Assembly: GCA_964347475.1 (NCBI GenBank) | Contig: CAYFYY010000001.1 | Span: 6,879-70,878, forward strand | Origin: an uncultured Flavobacteriales bacterium | GTDB lineage: Bacteria > Pseudomonadota > Alphaproteobacteria > UBA8366 > JADFVY01 | Length of the DNA stretch: 64,000 nt | Direction of reading: 5' to 3' | Shown: piece after piece, positions 28,121 through 37,285 of the stretch | Layout of the letters: each line of letters opens with the position of its first letter | Numbering within the stretch: the first letter of the stretch is position 1 | Made by a program: the position numbers and the translations under genes | The notes under the pieces: model-generated | What the model was told of the DNA's origin: nothing | The model's input: only the letters and a program-made list of their open reading frames with translations | Database searches by the model: none

Positions 28121-28846
28121 ATGATCGTGCTTTTCTCGGATTTTGGTGTGTCCGGACCCTATGTGGGACAGATGCGGACGCGAATTCTGGACGAGGCCCC
28201 CGAAGTTGTCGTCGTCGACCTGATGCACGATGCGCCGCGCTGTGACCCCAGGTCGGCCGCTTACCTGCTTGCGGCGCTGGTCACGCACTTGCCTGCCGGA
28301 TGTGTCTGTGTTGCTGTCGTCGACCCGGGGGTCGGGAGCGATCGGCCACCGCTCATTGTCAGGGCGGATGACCGATATTTTGTTGGGCCGGGCAACGGCT
28401 TGTTCGAGATCCTTGCGCGACGGGCGCATGATATGCGGGCCTGGCGGATCGACTGGCGGCCGGAAAACATGGCCGATACGTTTCACGGACGCGATCTGTT
28501 CGGCCCGGTTGCCGCGAAGCTGGCGCGCAACGAGTTTCCGCAGGCAAGCGAAATCGCATGGCAGAGCCTTGCGACGGCATGGCCCGACGATCTGCCGGAA
28601 GCGATATATCTGGACAGCTTCGGGAACGTCATGAGTGGCCTGCGCGCGTCGCCGCTGGGCGACGTGGCACGGGTCGCCGCCGGCGGGCGAGATTTGCAGC
28701 GCCGCCGAACGTTCGCCGATGTCGCGCCCGGTGAGGCTTTCTGGTACCAGAACGCCATCGGCCTCGTTGAAATCGCCGTCAACCGCGGCAGTGCGGCCGA
28801 CGTGCTGGGGCTGAAGCTGGGCGATCCGGTGACCCCCGTTCCTTGA
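28121..28846 (+). CDS. SAM hydroxide adenosyltransferase family protein (DUF62, chlorinase/fluorinase-like fold)
   Basis: N-terminus MIVLFSDFGVSGPYVGQMRTRIL, and later DSFGNV, both typical of this family. Confidence 0.7.
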   Translation: MIVLFSDFGVSGPYVGQMRTRILDEAPEVVVVDLMHDAPRCDPRSAAYLLAALVTHLPAGCVCVAVVDPGVGSDRPPLIVRADDRYFVGPGNGLFEILARRAHDMRAWRIDWRPENMADTFHGRDLFGPVAAKLARNEFPQASEIAWQSLATAWPDDLPEAIYLDSFGNVMSGLRASPLGDVARVAAGGRDLQRRRTFADVAPGEAFWYQNAIGLVEIAVNRGSAADVLGLKLGDPVTPVP

Positions 28847-28864
28847 CCAAGGGAGATCCGATCC

Positions 28865-29791
28865 ATGGAGCGTGGCGCGCACGCATTCGTCGATGATCCC
28901 CGCAACGAGACGGTCCTGGTCTATGTGAATGGCGCACTGGTGCCACGGGCCGAAGCGGTGGTCTCGGTCTTCGACAGCGGTTTCCTCATGGGCGACGGCG
29001 TATGGGAAGGTATGCGGTTGCACAACGGGCGGATTGCCTTTCTGGACCGGCATCTTGCCCGGCTGTACGAGGGAGCGAAGGCGATCGATCTCGACATCGG
29101 CATGGACCCGGAGGAAATGTCCCGGGTATTGCACGACACCGTCGGTGCGAACGGCATGGAATCCGGTGTGCACATTCGCCTGATGGTCACGCGGGGCCTC
29201 AAGTCCACGCCATACCAGAGCCCGAAAGTGAATGTCGGCGGGGCGACGGTGGTCGTCATCGCGGAACACAAGACGGCCGATGAAGCGGTGGCCGCTCGGG
29301 GCGTGACATTGTTTACAGTACATGTGCGGCGCGGCGCGCCGGACGTCCTCGACCCCAAGCTCAACATGCACTCCAAACTCAATTGCATCACGGCGGCGAT
29401 TCAGGCCGACAAGGCGGGCGCCGACGAAGCCCTGATGCTCGACCCGCACGGCTTTGTCGCCACCTGCAACTCGACGAACTTCTTCATCGTCCGGCGCGGC
29501 CAGCTGTGGACGTCGACCGGTCGCTACTGCATGAACGGCATCACCCGGGCAAACGTTCTGGCGCTTGCGAAACAGGACGGCATCCCCGCGGAAGAGCGGG
29601 ACATTTCGCTAACCGAGGTCTACAGTGCCGAAGAGGCTTTCGTGACCGGTACGTTCGGGGGGCTGACGCCGGTGCGGGAAATTGATGGCCGATCCATCGG
29701 CGACGACGTGCCCGGCCCGGTCACCCGCCGGCTGACCGAATTGTATCGCGAGCTGATCGCGCGCGAATGCCCGCCCCCCCCGCGGGCCTGA
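28865..29791 (+). CDS. Class IV (branched-chain/D-amino-acid) aminotransferase
   Basis: GDGVWEGMR, a K in the HSKLN context, and EAFVTGTFGGLTPVREIDGR. Confidence 0.8.
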   Translation: MERGAHAFVDDPRNETVLVYVNGALVPRAEAVVSVFDSGFLMGDGVWEGMRLHNGRIAFLDRHLARLYEGAKAIDLDIGMDPEEMSRVLHDTVGANGMESGVHIRLMVTRGLKSTPYQSPKVNVGGATVVVIAEHKTADEAVAARGVTLFTVHVRRGAPDVLDPKLNMHSKLNCITAAIQADKAGADEALMLDPHGFVATCNSTNFFIVRRGQLWTSTGRYCMNGITRANVLALAKQDGIPAEERDISLTEVYSAEEAFVTGTFGGLTPVREIDGRSIGDDVPGPVTRRLTELYRELIARECPPPPRA

Positions 29792-29796
29792 GGGAC

Positions 29797-30528
29797 ATGG
29801 CGACAACGCGGATCGCAATGTGGTCGGGACCGCGCAATGTCTCGACAGCGCTGCTGCGCTCATGGGGCAACCGGCCGGATACCGCGGTCTGGGACGAGCC
29901 GCTGTACGCGCATTACCTGACGCAGCGCACGCCGGACCACCCCGGGATCGAAGAGGTCATCGCCAGCCACGAGACGGACTGGCGCCGGGTGGTCGCCAGC
30001 ATGCTGGGGCCCGTTCCGGGCGGCCGCGCCATCTTCTACCAGAAGCACATGGCGCATCACATGCTGCCCCATATCGACGACAGCTGGCTGGCCAGGCTGG
30101 ACAATGCCTTCCTCATCCGCGATCCGGCAGAGGTCCTGCTGTCGATGTCCAAGACGATGCAGACCGTCACCTTGCAGGATACGGGTTTTCCCGATCAAAT
30201 CCGCCTGTTCGAACGGGTGCGGGATCTTACCGGCACGATCCCGCCGGTGATCGACGCGCGAGACATCGGCACCGATGCAGAGGGAACGTTACGGGTGCTG
30301 TGCGCGGTGCTGTCTGTACCGTTCGACTCGGCCATGCTGTCATGGCCACCGGGCCCGCGGCCGACCGACGGTGTGTGGGGCAAATACTGGTATGCCGGCG
30401 TCAACGCGTCCACCGGCTTCCGGCCGTGGAAGGCCCGTGCCGAAGCGCTGCCGGAGCGCGTCAGACCGCTTCTCGACGAACTGGTGGGACTTTATGACGC
30501 GCTGGGTCGGCACCGGCTGCGCCCCTGA
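29797..30528 (+). CDS. Sulfotransferase-like P-loop protein (uncharacterised family)
   Basis: The N-terminal MWSGPRNVSTAL resembles the sulfotransferase 5'-phosphosulfate-binding loop. The rest is unassigned. Family call is tentative. Confidence 0.45.
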   Translation: MATTRIAMWSGPRNVSTALLRSWGNRPDTAVWDEPLYAHYLTQRTPDHPGIEEVIASHETDWRRVVASMLGPVPGGRAIFYQKHMAHHMLPHIDDSWLARLDNAFLIRDPAEVLLSMSKTMQTVTLQDTGFPDQIRLFERVRDLTGTIPPVIDARDIGTDAEGTLRVLCAVLSVPFDSAMLSWPPGPRPTDGVWGKYWYAGVNASTGFRPWKARAEALPERVRPLLDELVGLYDALGRHRLRP

Positions 30529-30537
30529 CCAATCGGG

Positions 30538-31671
30538 TCAGCTGCGTCCTTCCAGGTCCATCTTCAGGCCGATCAGGTGCAGCAGGTCTTTCAACGTGAC
30601 CAGGCCGATCAACCGGCCTTTTTCGACCACCATCAGCCGGCTGTTGCCGGTCCGTCGCATGATATTCAGGGCATCGACGGCGTCGCGCTCCGCTTCCACG
30701 GTGTTCTCGTCCGAGGCCGGCGACATGATTTCGAAGACCCGTGCGACCTCCCACTTGTCGCGCGGAACCTGCTTGATCTGCGCGATCCCGACACATCCGA
30801 GCAGTTCCGACTCGTCGACCACCGGAAACAACTCGTGGTAATGCACGTAAACGTAGTCGCTGACCAGCCTTTGTACCGTGATATCAGGCGGCACGGTCAC
30901 GGGATCGCGGACCATGAAGCGGCGAACGGGCTCGCCCCCGAATACGCGTCGTGTCTGGAGCTGCATGTAGGAGCTGGAGGCGGCAGCCCGCAGAAACATC
31001 CCGATCAGCGCATACCAGATCCCGCCGATCAAATTGCCGGCAATGAAATTCATCAGCCCCAGCCCGATCAGCACGAACCCGAAAACAGATCCGGCATTGG
31101 CCGACATTCGGGTTGCCCATTGCAGATTGCCGGTCCAGTGCCACAGGGCCGCGCGCAACATGCGCCCACCGTCGAGCGGGAATGCCGGCACCAGATTGAA
31201 GATCGCCAGCATCGTGTTGACGAAGGCAAGCCAGTCGACAACGCCTTCCACCGGCAGCGGAATGCCGAGCCCGGCGCCGCCCAACCCGGCGACGTAGAAC
31301 GACAGCGCGAGCACGCCACTGGCAATGGGTCCGGCAACGGCCATCAGGAATTCCGCCTGCGCGGTCGGCGGCTCGTCCTCCATTTCGGCAACGCCGCCGA
31401 ATATGAAAAGGGTTATTCCGCGGATCGGCATGCCGTACCGGCGTGCGACAATGGAATGGCTGAGTTCGTGGAAGATAATCGAGCCGAACAGACCGACTGC
31501 CCCCGCCACGCCCATCCACAAATATTGCGCCGGCAAGAGGTCGCGATAGTTTTCGGGGAAGTAGCCTCCCGCAAGCGACCATGTCACGAGCACGGCCAGG
31601 ATCAGCCAGCTGGCATCGATCTTCACTTCGAAGCCGAGAATTTCGAACAGCCTGACGCCGCGCCCGAACAT
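30538..31671 (-). CDS. Site-2 protease family (M50) zinc metalloprotease with a C-terminal CBS pair
   Basis: HELSHSIVARRYG (HExxH), NLVPAFPLDGGR, and a C-terminal CBS-like region. An AAGAGG RBS precedes the ATG at 31671. Confidence 0.8.
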   Translation of the reverse strand: MFGRGVRLFEILGFEVKIDASWLILAVLVTWSLAGGYFPENYRDLLPAQYLWMGVAGAVGLFGSIIFHELSHSIVARRYGMPIRGITLFIFGGVAEMEDEPPTAQAEFLMAVAGPIASGVLALSFYVAGLGGAGLGIPLPVEGVVDWLAFVNTMLAIFNLVPAFPLDGGRMLRAALWHWTGNLQWATRMSANAGSVFGFVLIGLGLMNFIAGNLIGGIWYALIGMFLRAAASSSYMQLQTRRVFGGEPVRRFMVRDPVTVPPDITVQRLVSDYVYVHYHELFPVVDESELLGCVGIAQIKQVPRDKWEVARVFEIMSPASDENTVEAERDAVDALNIMRRTGNSRLMVVEKGRLIGLVTLKDLLHLIGLKMDLEGRS

Positions 31672-31705
31672 TACGTGCCTCTTGACGGGGTCCCGGGATA
31701 TGCCA

Positions 31706-32008
31706 CTACCCCTCATCCCCGCGCTGGCCGGACGGCATGCCGCTCCGGCGGGTGGTGTCGCGACGCAACCATGACCGCAGCCGGCGGCGCAGCGGCGGAA
31801 CATCGAGTGCGATCAGCGCAATGCCGAGTGGAATCATCCATAAGCCCAAGACCGGCAAGAACCAAAGCGCACCGCCGACCAGCAGTGCGAGTCCGACGAC
31901 GGCACGCAACCCGAAGGGAAGTCTCGACCGCCCCCAGGTGAACGCCCGCCGGAGCTTGCGCTGAAGGCTGTTCTTCCATTCTTCGGTAGGCGTCAATCGT
32001 ATCACCAA
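31706..32008 (-). CDS. Small two-TM membrane protein (PGPGW-like), hypothetical
   Basis: LLVGGALWFLPVLGLWMIPLGIALIALDVPPLRRRL. Non-ATG start (TTG/GTG) and no clear RBS. Confidence 0.4.
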   Translation of the reverse strand: MVIRLTPTEEWKNSLQRKLRRAFTWGRSRLPFGLRAVVGLALLVGGALWFLPVLGLWMIPLGIALIALDVPPLRRRLRSWLRRDTTRRSGMPSGQRGDEG

Positions 32009-32099
32009 ATTGATAACGTTTGCATTTCCTGACCTCAGCGGCCGGCTTCATCGATGAATGTGGGCATCCAATCAGTCCGGCGCAACGCGGCGCGAGTCT

Positions 32100-33017
32100 C
32101 TACACCACCCCCATCGGCGGCGGCCGTCGGCGCATGCCGCTCAGCGCCTGCCCGGCGATCGAGACCAGCAGTATGCCACCGCCCGCCAAGGTGGCCGGAT
32201 GCGGTATCTCGGCGAAGACGAGCCAGACCCACACCGGACCCAATACCACCTCGGTCAGCGACAACAGCGCGAGTTCGGCGGCCGGGACCGATCGTGAGCC
32301 GATCGTGAATACGATGAGGCTTGTGCCGATGGCGAACGCCCCATAGGACACGCACAGCAGCAGATCGTTTCCGCTCACCGCGAATCCATCGCCAGTCGCG
32401 AGGAGCACGAGCCCTGCGACACTTGCCCCGAACAGCCCGGCAATGCATGTGGCCGGCATCATATCCGCGCTGCGGCCGCGGCGCAGCGCGATCGCGAATC
32501 CAGCAAAGCCGGTCGCGGCCCCGAGCCCCATCAGATTGCCGAATAGATCTCCCGAAACCAGCCCGTCGCCCAACATCAGCGCGACTCCGATCACCGCACC
32601 GATCATCGCGACCCAGGTGGCGCGGCGTACGCGCTCGGCGAGGATGATGCGGCCCAACACTGCGGCGATGAAGGGGCCGGCACTCAACATGAACAGCGTA
32701 TTGGCGACCGTCGTGTGCAGAATCGAGAACACGAAAAAGGTGAACCCGGTGGCCAGGCACATGCCGGCAACCGCCGCCATCGCGCCCGCGGCGCGAAATG
32801 CCGAGGCAATCCTCCCGTTGCTGCGCAGCGCGATGTACAGCAACAGCGCGGCCGCGATCCCGAGCGACCGCCAGAACAGGATCTGCCATTCCCCCGCGCT
32901 TTCGATGGAGCGAATGAACAGACCGCCCAGGCTCATCCCCATTCCGGCGACGAGAACCAGAACCCGGCCACGCAGCAGGGCCGGGGTGTCGGCCGCGATT
33001 GCGCCAGCGTCACTCAC
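32100..33017 (-). CDS. DMT-superfamily (EamA-type) transporter
   Basis: About ten hydrophobic segments in two similar halves. Composition is typical of EamA proteins. Confidence 0.75.
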   Translation of the reverse strand: MSDAGAIAADTPALLRGRVLVLVAGMGMSLGGLFIRSIESAGEWQILFWRSLGIAAALLLYIALRSNGRIASAFRAAGAMAAVAGMCLATGFTFFVFSILHTTVANTLFMLSAGPFIAAVLGRIILAERVRRATWVAMIGAVIGVALMLGDGLVSGDLFGNLMGLGAATGFAGFAIALRRGRSADMMPATCIAGLFGASVAGLVLLATGDGFAVSGNDLLLCVSYGAFAIGTSLIVFTIGSRSVPAAELALLSLTEVVLGPVWVWLVFAEIPHPATLAGGGILLVSIAGQALSGMRRRPPPMGVV

Positions 33018-33086
33018 CCGTCGCCAGGCCCCCCTTCCTTCCGGTGGTGAGGGTGCAATACCGGCGCGAACGGACCGGATGTCGCG

Positions 33087-34193
33087 CTAACCCCGCGAGA
33101 ACATCCCGGTCAGGGCGCCCCCGAAGCTCCCTTCCTCCAAATATTTCACACCATAGACTCCGCCGGCGATGATTGACAGCAATGCGATCACGGAGCCGAT
33201 GGCCAGCGTCGATACGCCCGTAACGCCCTGCCCGATGGTGCAGCCCATCGCCAGGATCCCACCTGTCCCCATCAGGGCAGCGCCACACAGATGGCGAATC
33301 ATATCGTTGGAATCGCTGAAGCTTTCGATACGAAACGTGCCCGTCGCGATCGCCATGACGAAGGACCCCGCGATCACGCCGCCGACAACGGCAATTCCGA
33401 AATTGACGGTCGCCCCGGTGAACGTCATCAGATAGACGAGGCTCTCGCCAGTGGGATTGACGAATGTGAAGGAGGCCAGCTGGGTCGGCTCGAAATCATC
33501 GTACCCGATCACGCCTGTCGTATACCACCCCGCCGGGATCAGCAGGCCGATGATGAGGCCGGCGGCGACATCCCGACGCGACGCGCGGAACCTCGAATCC
33601 TTGAAGCAGAACGCCAGCAGGAAACCCGCCATGATCACCGTGACGACCCAGCGGACAACCTCGACAGATGCGCCGGCCAGGCCCGCCATCACCTCCGGCA
33701 TGCCTTGCGAGTCGAATGACCCGGACAGGTCGATATTGGTTGCGGTTTCCAGTTCAACGCGGGCAAGACCGATGATGCCCCGCAGCGTCATATACGCGAA
33801 TATGCCGAGCACCACCGCGACGACAAGGGATTTGAGGTTGCCCGCTCCCAGGCGAACGAGCGTCTTGTTGCCGCAACCGCCACCGAGAGTCATGCCGAAA
33901 CCGAACATCAAGCCACCGAGGATCGCGCCGAGCCACCCCAGATTCGTCGTCAGATAGATCGATTCGCCGAGGTCGATCACCTCGAAGGCATGCAGACCCT
34001 GACTCATCAGCATGGCGACGGCGATCGCCAGCATCCACGCACGGAACCTGTTCCAGTTCCCCATCAGGAGCATGTCGGATATGGCGCCCATAGTGCAGAA
34101 ATTCGTGCGCTGCGCCGTTGCGCCAAAGATTCCGCCCAGCGCGAAACCCAGCAGTGCGACGATGGTGCCGACGGATATTTCTTCCATTGGCAT
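33087..34193 (-). CDS. YeeE/YedE family sulfur-compound transporter
   Basis: GFALGGIFGATAQRTNFCTMGAISD, with a second conserved Cys block GGGCGNKTL / LAMGCTIGQG. The second ATG at 34187 has better spacing to the GAGGAA RBS. Confidence 0.8.
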   Translation of the reverse strand: MPMEEISVGTIVALLGFALGGIFGATAQRTNFCTMGAISDMLLMGNWNRFRAWMLAIAVAMLMSQGLHAFEVIDLGESIYLTTNLGWLGAILGGLMFGFGMTLGGGCGNKTLVRLGAGNLKSLVVAVVLGIFAYMTLRGIIGLARVELETATNIDLSGSFDSQGMPEVMAGLAGASVEVVRWVVTVIMAGFLLAFCFKDSRFRASRRDVAAGLIIGLLIPAGWYTTGVIGYDDFEPTQLASFTFVNPTGESLVYLMTFTGATVNFGIAVVGGVIAGSFVMAIATGTFRIESFSDSNDMIRHLCGAALMGTGGILAMGCTIGQGVTGVSTLAIGSVIALLSIIAGGVYGVKYLEEGSFGGALTGMFSRG

Positions 34194-34450
34194 TTCCTCA
34201 CTTTCGGACCTTACACTTCAGCCCGCCGCTTCCCTCTCGGGGGCGACGGGCCGCGGATTGCTTCCGTCTTGTCAGTTACGAAAAATCTAATATGTAATCT
34301 GCCACCGCCGGGTGCCACGATGCAAGCCCGTATCGCGCCGTCGTGTGGCGTTCCCGGTTCGGTCTCGAATGCCGCGCAAAGTGCGGGCAGGAGCATTAAG
34401 GAAGTGGTTAAGATTCGCGGATAGTCTGAAAGGGTCTGGAAACAAGAACC

Positions 34451-36586
34451 ATGACCGGGCCCGACACGAATCAGCAGTACGACCAGTGGGTCGATCGCTG
34501 CCGGCAGCAGCTTGAACGAGGTGCCGCCGGCAATGCGCTTGCCGCGTGGATGCAGTCGGAGGGGGTGAGCGCGGACATGGCCGCCGCCATCCTCGAAGCG
34601 GCACGGGGCGGGGCTACCTTGGCGGCGGATGCGCGGGATGACGGAGACGCCGAAGCCGCGCCGCCACAAGCCACGCCCGCGCAACCAGCAACGGACCCCG
34701 CGGCCACCACCGCGGCCATCGCGAGTGATGCGGCCCAACCCGGCGCAGGCGAGTCCACCGATCACCCTGGGCCTCCCGCGCCGAACAAACAGGCACCGCC
34801 CCCCGCCCGCACTGCAACGACGTTTGCCAGGGCCTTCGGCAGGCCGGACGCAGCGGGCAGCCACGATCCTGGACCCCCGTCGGAAGACATCGCGGAACAG
34901 CAATCCGAGCCGGCGGATTCGGCGCCACCAGCCGGCACGGAGGTGAGCCCGATCGCACCGCAGGCGCCTGTGCAACCTGCGCCGTCGACGCCACCGACGA
35001 CGACTGGCGCAGGCGCAACCCCCGTCGCGTCCGAGCCCGCGGATCAAGTGCCACCATCGCAGACCGGACCGATGATTTCGGCGGATGGTCCCCCGGGTCA
35101 GGACGTGCCGGCCGAAGAGGTCACAGACGGCCTTGGCGGAACGTCCACTCCCGAGTCGGCAGACGAGCCCGTCGGTGAGGCGGTTCAAGTCCCTGAAAGC
35201 CGGACTGCCGGGTCGGCCCTGCCATCGAACCTGTTCGGCACGCCGCGACCGCCGATCACATTCGCCGATGCGCCGGCGCCGGGGACGCAGCGTGACGGCG
35301 AACAATTGGCGGCACCGCATGCACACACAGGCCAGCCGGGCGGGGACGCGGAGGAACAAGCCGAGTTGCATGAAGAGGCAGAAGCGTCGCACGACGAGGG
35401 CGTCGGGAGCGAGTCGAGTCGCCAGCCCGGTTCCGAGACGACGGCGCCGGAGCCGGACCCGGGCGATGCTACCGAACTTGGGGCGGATGACGCACTGGTG
35501 CCCGAGGCGGCCGATCACCGTCATGCGGACACTGGCGAGCCCGACCCGTGGCGGCGGGACGATGTTGGATTACTGGCGGAGCATCCTGTTCCGCCGGCCG
35601 ATCCCGTCGACGCGCAGATCGCCGAACACGAGGCCACAGAACCCGTTGATGCCGCCCAAGACACTGACGAACTGCCGACAATGGCGGAACAACCAGCCGT
35701 GGCGCAGGCGCCCGATTCGTCCCTGGACGAGGCGGGCGTCGACGACGGCATGTCCGAGGCAGCTGCCCCCGACGAGCCTGTGCGGTTCGACGACTCCCTG
35801 GAGGAAGCGGCGTCACGAATGGGTGCGGACCTGCGTCGCAGCGCTCCGGCCGCCCCGTCGGAATCCTACGAGGACTTCATAAAGGCAGAGCAAGAGCGCA
35901 CGCCGCGACCGGCAGAAATCGCCGGTGCCGAAAGCTCTGCCGATGGTTGCGATGAATCCAGCGCCGAGCTGGAGCGGAGCCCCGCCAAGCCCCGCCAGAC
36001 ATCGGCGAAAGAACGCAAATTCGGCCGGCGCAGCGCCAAGATCGCGACGGCCGAGACAGCGGACGGCGGCAATGAGACGATGCCGGCGGAGGGCAGTCGG
36101 GACGGTGACGGGGCAGAGCCGGCGACCCCCGCTTCTTCGGGTGAACTCGGCGGCGAACTGGCGCGGGCAATTCGCGAGGCCGCGCAGGACAGCGCCGAGG
36201 AGCCCGAAGCCCCGCCACTGCCGGCTGAGCCAAAGACCGAGGAGCAACTTGCGGCGGCAGCGAAACAGCTGGGGATCAGCTTCCGGGACGATCCAGAGCG
36301 CCCCCGCTCCGGCGACGTCGACGAGGACGAAGACGATACGACCCGCGCCGCACGCGAGATGGGCATCAGTTTCCGGGACGACCCGGCCGTCACGCGCGAA
36401 CCGGATCCTGAAGACGAAAGCACGAAGGCGGCGCGGGAACTCGGGATCAGCTTTCGCGACGCCGCAGAGGTGAAGCGTGAGCAAAAGAGCATGTTGCGGC
36501 GGTACTGGCCGATCGTTCTCCTCATGGTACTCGCCGCGATCGCCATGCCGATTGCCGCCACGCTGCTGCTGTTCTCCGGCGATTAG
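34451..36586 (+). CDS. Large acidic, Pro/Ala-rich, low-complexity protein with a single C-terminal TM anchor (hypothetical)
   Basis: High GC3 in this frame. Ordered-looking N-terminus MTGPDTNQQYDQWVDRCRQQLERG. Three copies of (L/M)GISFRD near the C-terminus, then RYWPIVLLMVLAAIAMPIAATLLLF. The antisense ORFs are Arg-rich shadows. Confidence 0.55.
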   Translation: MTGPDTNQQYDQWVDRCRQQLERGAAGNALAAWMQSEGVSADMAAAILEAARGGATLAADARDDGDAEAAPPQATPAQPATDPAATTAAIASDAAQPGAGESTDHPGPPAPNKQAPPPARTATTFARAFGRPDAAGSHDPGPPSEDIAEQQSEPADSAPPAGTEVSPIAPQAPVQPAPSTPPTTTGAGATPVASEPADQVPPSQTGPMISADGPPGQDVPAEEVTDGLGGTSTPESADEPVGEAVQVPESRTAGSALPSNLFGTPRPPITFADAPAPGTQRDGEQLAAPHAHTGQPGGDAEEQAELHEEAEASHDEGVGSESSRQPGSETTAPEPDPGDATELGADDALVPEAADHRHADTGEPDPWRRDDVGLLAEHPVPPADPVDAQIAEHEATEPVDAAQDTDELPTMAEQPAVAQAPDSSLDEAGVDDGMSEAAAPDEPVRFDDSLEEAASRMGADLRRSAPAAPSESYEDFIKAEQERTPRPAEIAGAESSADGCDESSAELERSPAKPRQTSAKERKFGRRSAKIATAETADGGNETMPAEGSRDGDGAEPATPASSGELGGELARAIREAAQDSAEEPEAPPLPAEPKTEEQLAAAAKQLGISFRDDPERPRSGDVDEDEDDTTRAAREMGISFRDDPAVTREPDPEDESTKAARELGISFRDAAEVKREQKSMLRRYWPIVLLMVLAAIAMPIAATLLLFSGD

Positions 36587-36682
36587 AAGCCGGCCCCGGC
36601 GAGGCGTCCCCGGCAGCATTAACCGGATCGCAACCCAAAGGTCGTATGCTGGGAATGGGGCTAGCTTGTGGTGGAGACCACC

Positions 36683-37138
36683 ATGCGTGTGGAAATAGGC
36701 GTATTCTTCGCGGATTCGCCCCTGACGGACATGGAAGCATTGCAGCGGTATCGGGCCCACGGCGGCGAGCCCAACGTAACTTGTGCGGACAGGCGGGCAC
36801 CCTGCCTGGATGCCTTCCTGAACGAGCTGACGGATCGATATCCCCGCCTCGACTCGCTGCTGACGGAAGACAGGGCCAAATCCCCCTGGACGGGCGATTT
36901 CGACGTCCGCCCGGATCAGGCGTTGATCGCACTGGGCGGCAGCGAATGCGCCAATGCGGTCGAGCTCGTCCTCGAGCTGGCGGAAAAGCACGGCCTCGTA
37001 TGCTTTGACCCGAAAACCCGGTCGATCCTCACGGCGCCGCCCGGCATCCATGTCGAACGGCAGGCGGACACCGCGATCTGGCCATTGACGCTCGCGACCC
37101 TCTCGCTTGCGCTTGTCAGTGTCCTGTGGCTGCATTGA
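36683..37138 (+). CDS. Hypothetical protein with a C-terminal hydrophobic segment
   Basis: A GGAGA RBS lies 7 nt before the ATG. No recognisable motif. Confidence 0.4.
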   Translation: MRVEIGVFFADSPLTDMEALQRYRAHGGEPNVTCADRRAPCLDAFLNELTDRYPRLDSLLTEDRAKSPWTGDFDVRPDQALIALGGSECANAVELVLELAEKHGLVCFDPKTRSILTAPPGIHVERQADTAIWPLTLATLSLALVSVLWLH

Positions 37139-37285
37139 GGTCCTGAGGTCAACGCAGCGGGGCGTCGGCGGAAGGCAGCCACGGCTTGAATCCGTTTGAG
37201 TGAGGCTTCGGGGCGGCGGATGGCATGGCCCGCTTTCGACGTGCCGGCCGACAGACTCCGGCAAACCCGATCCGCGAGGACCGAA

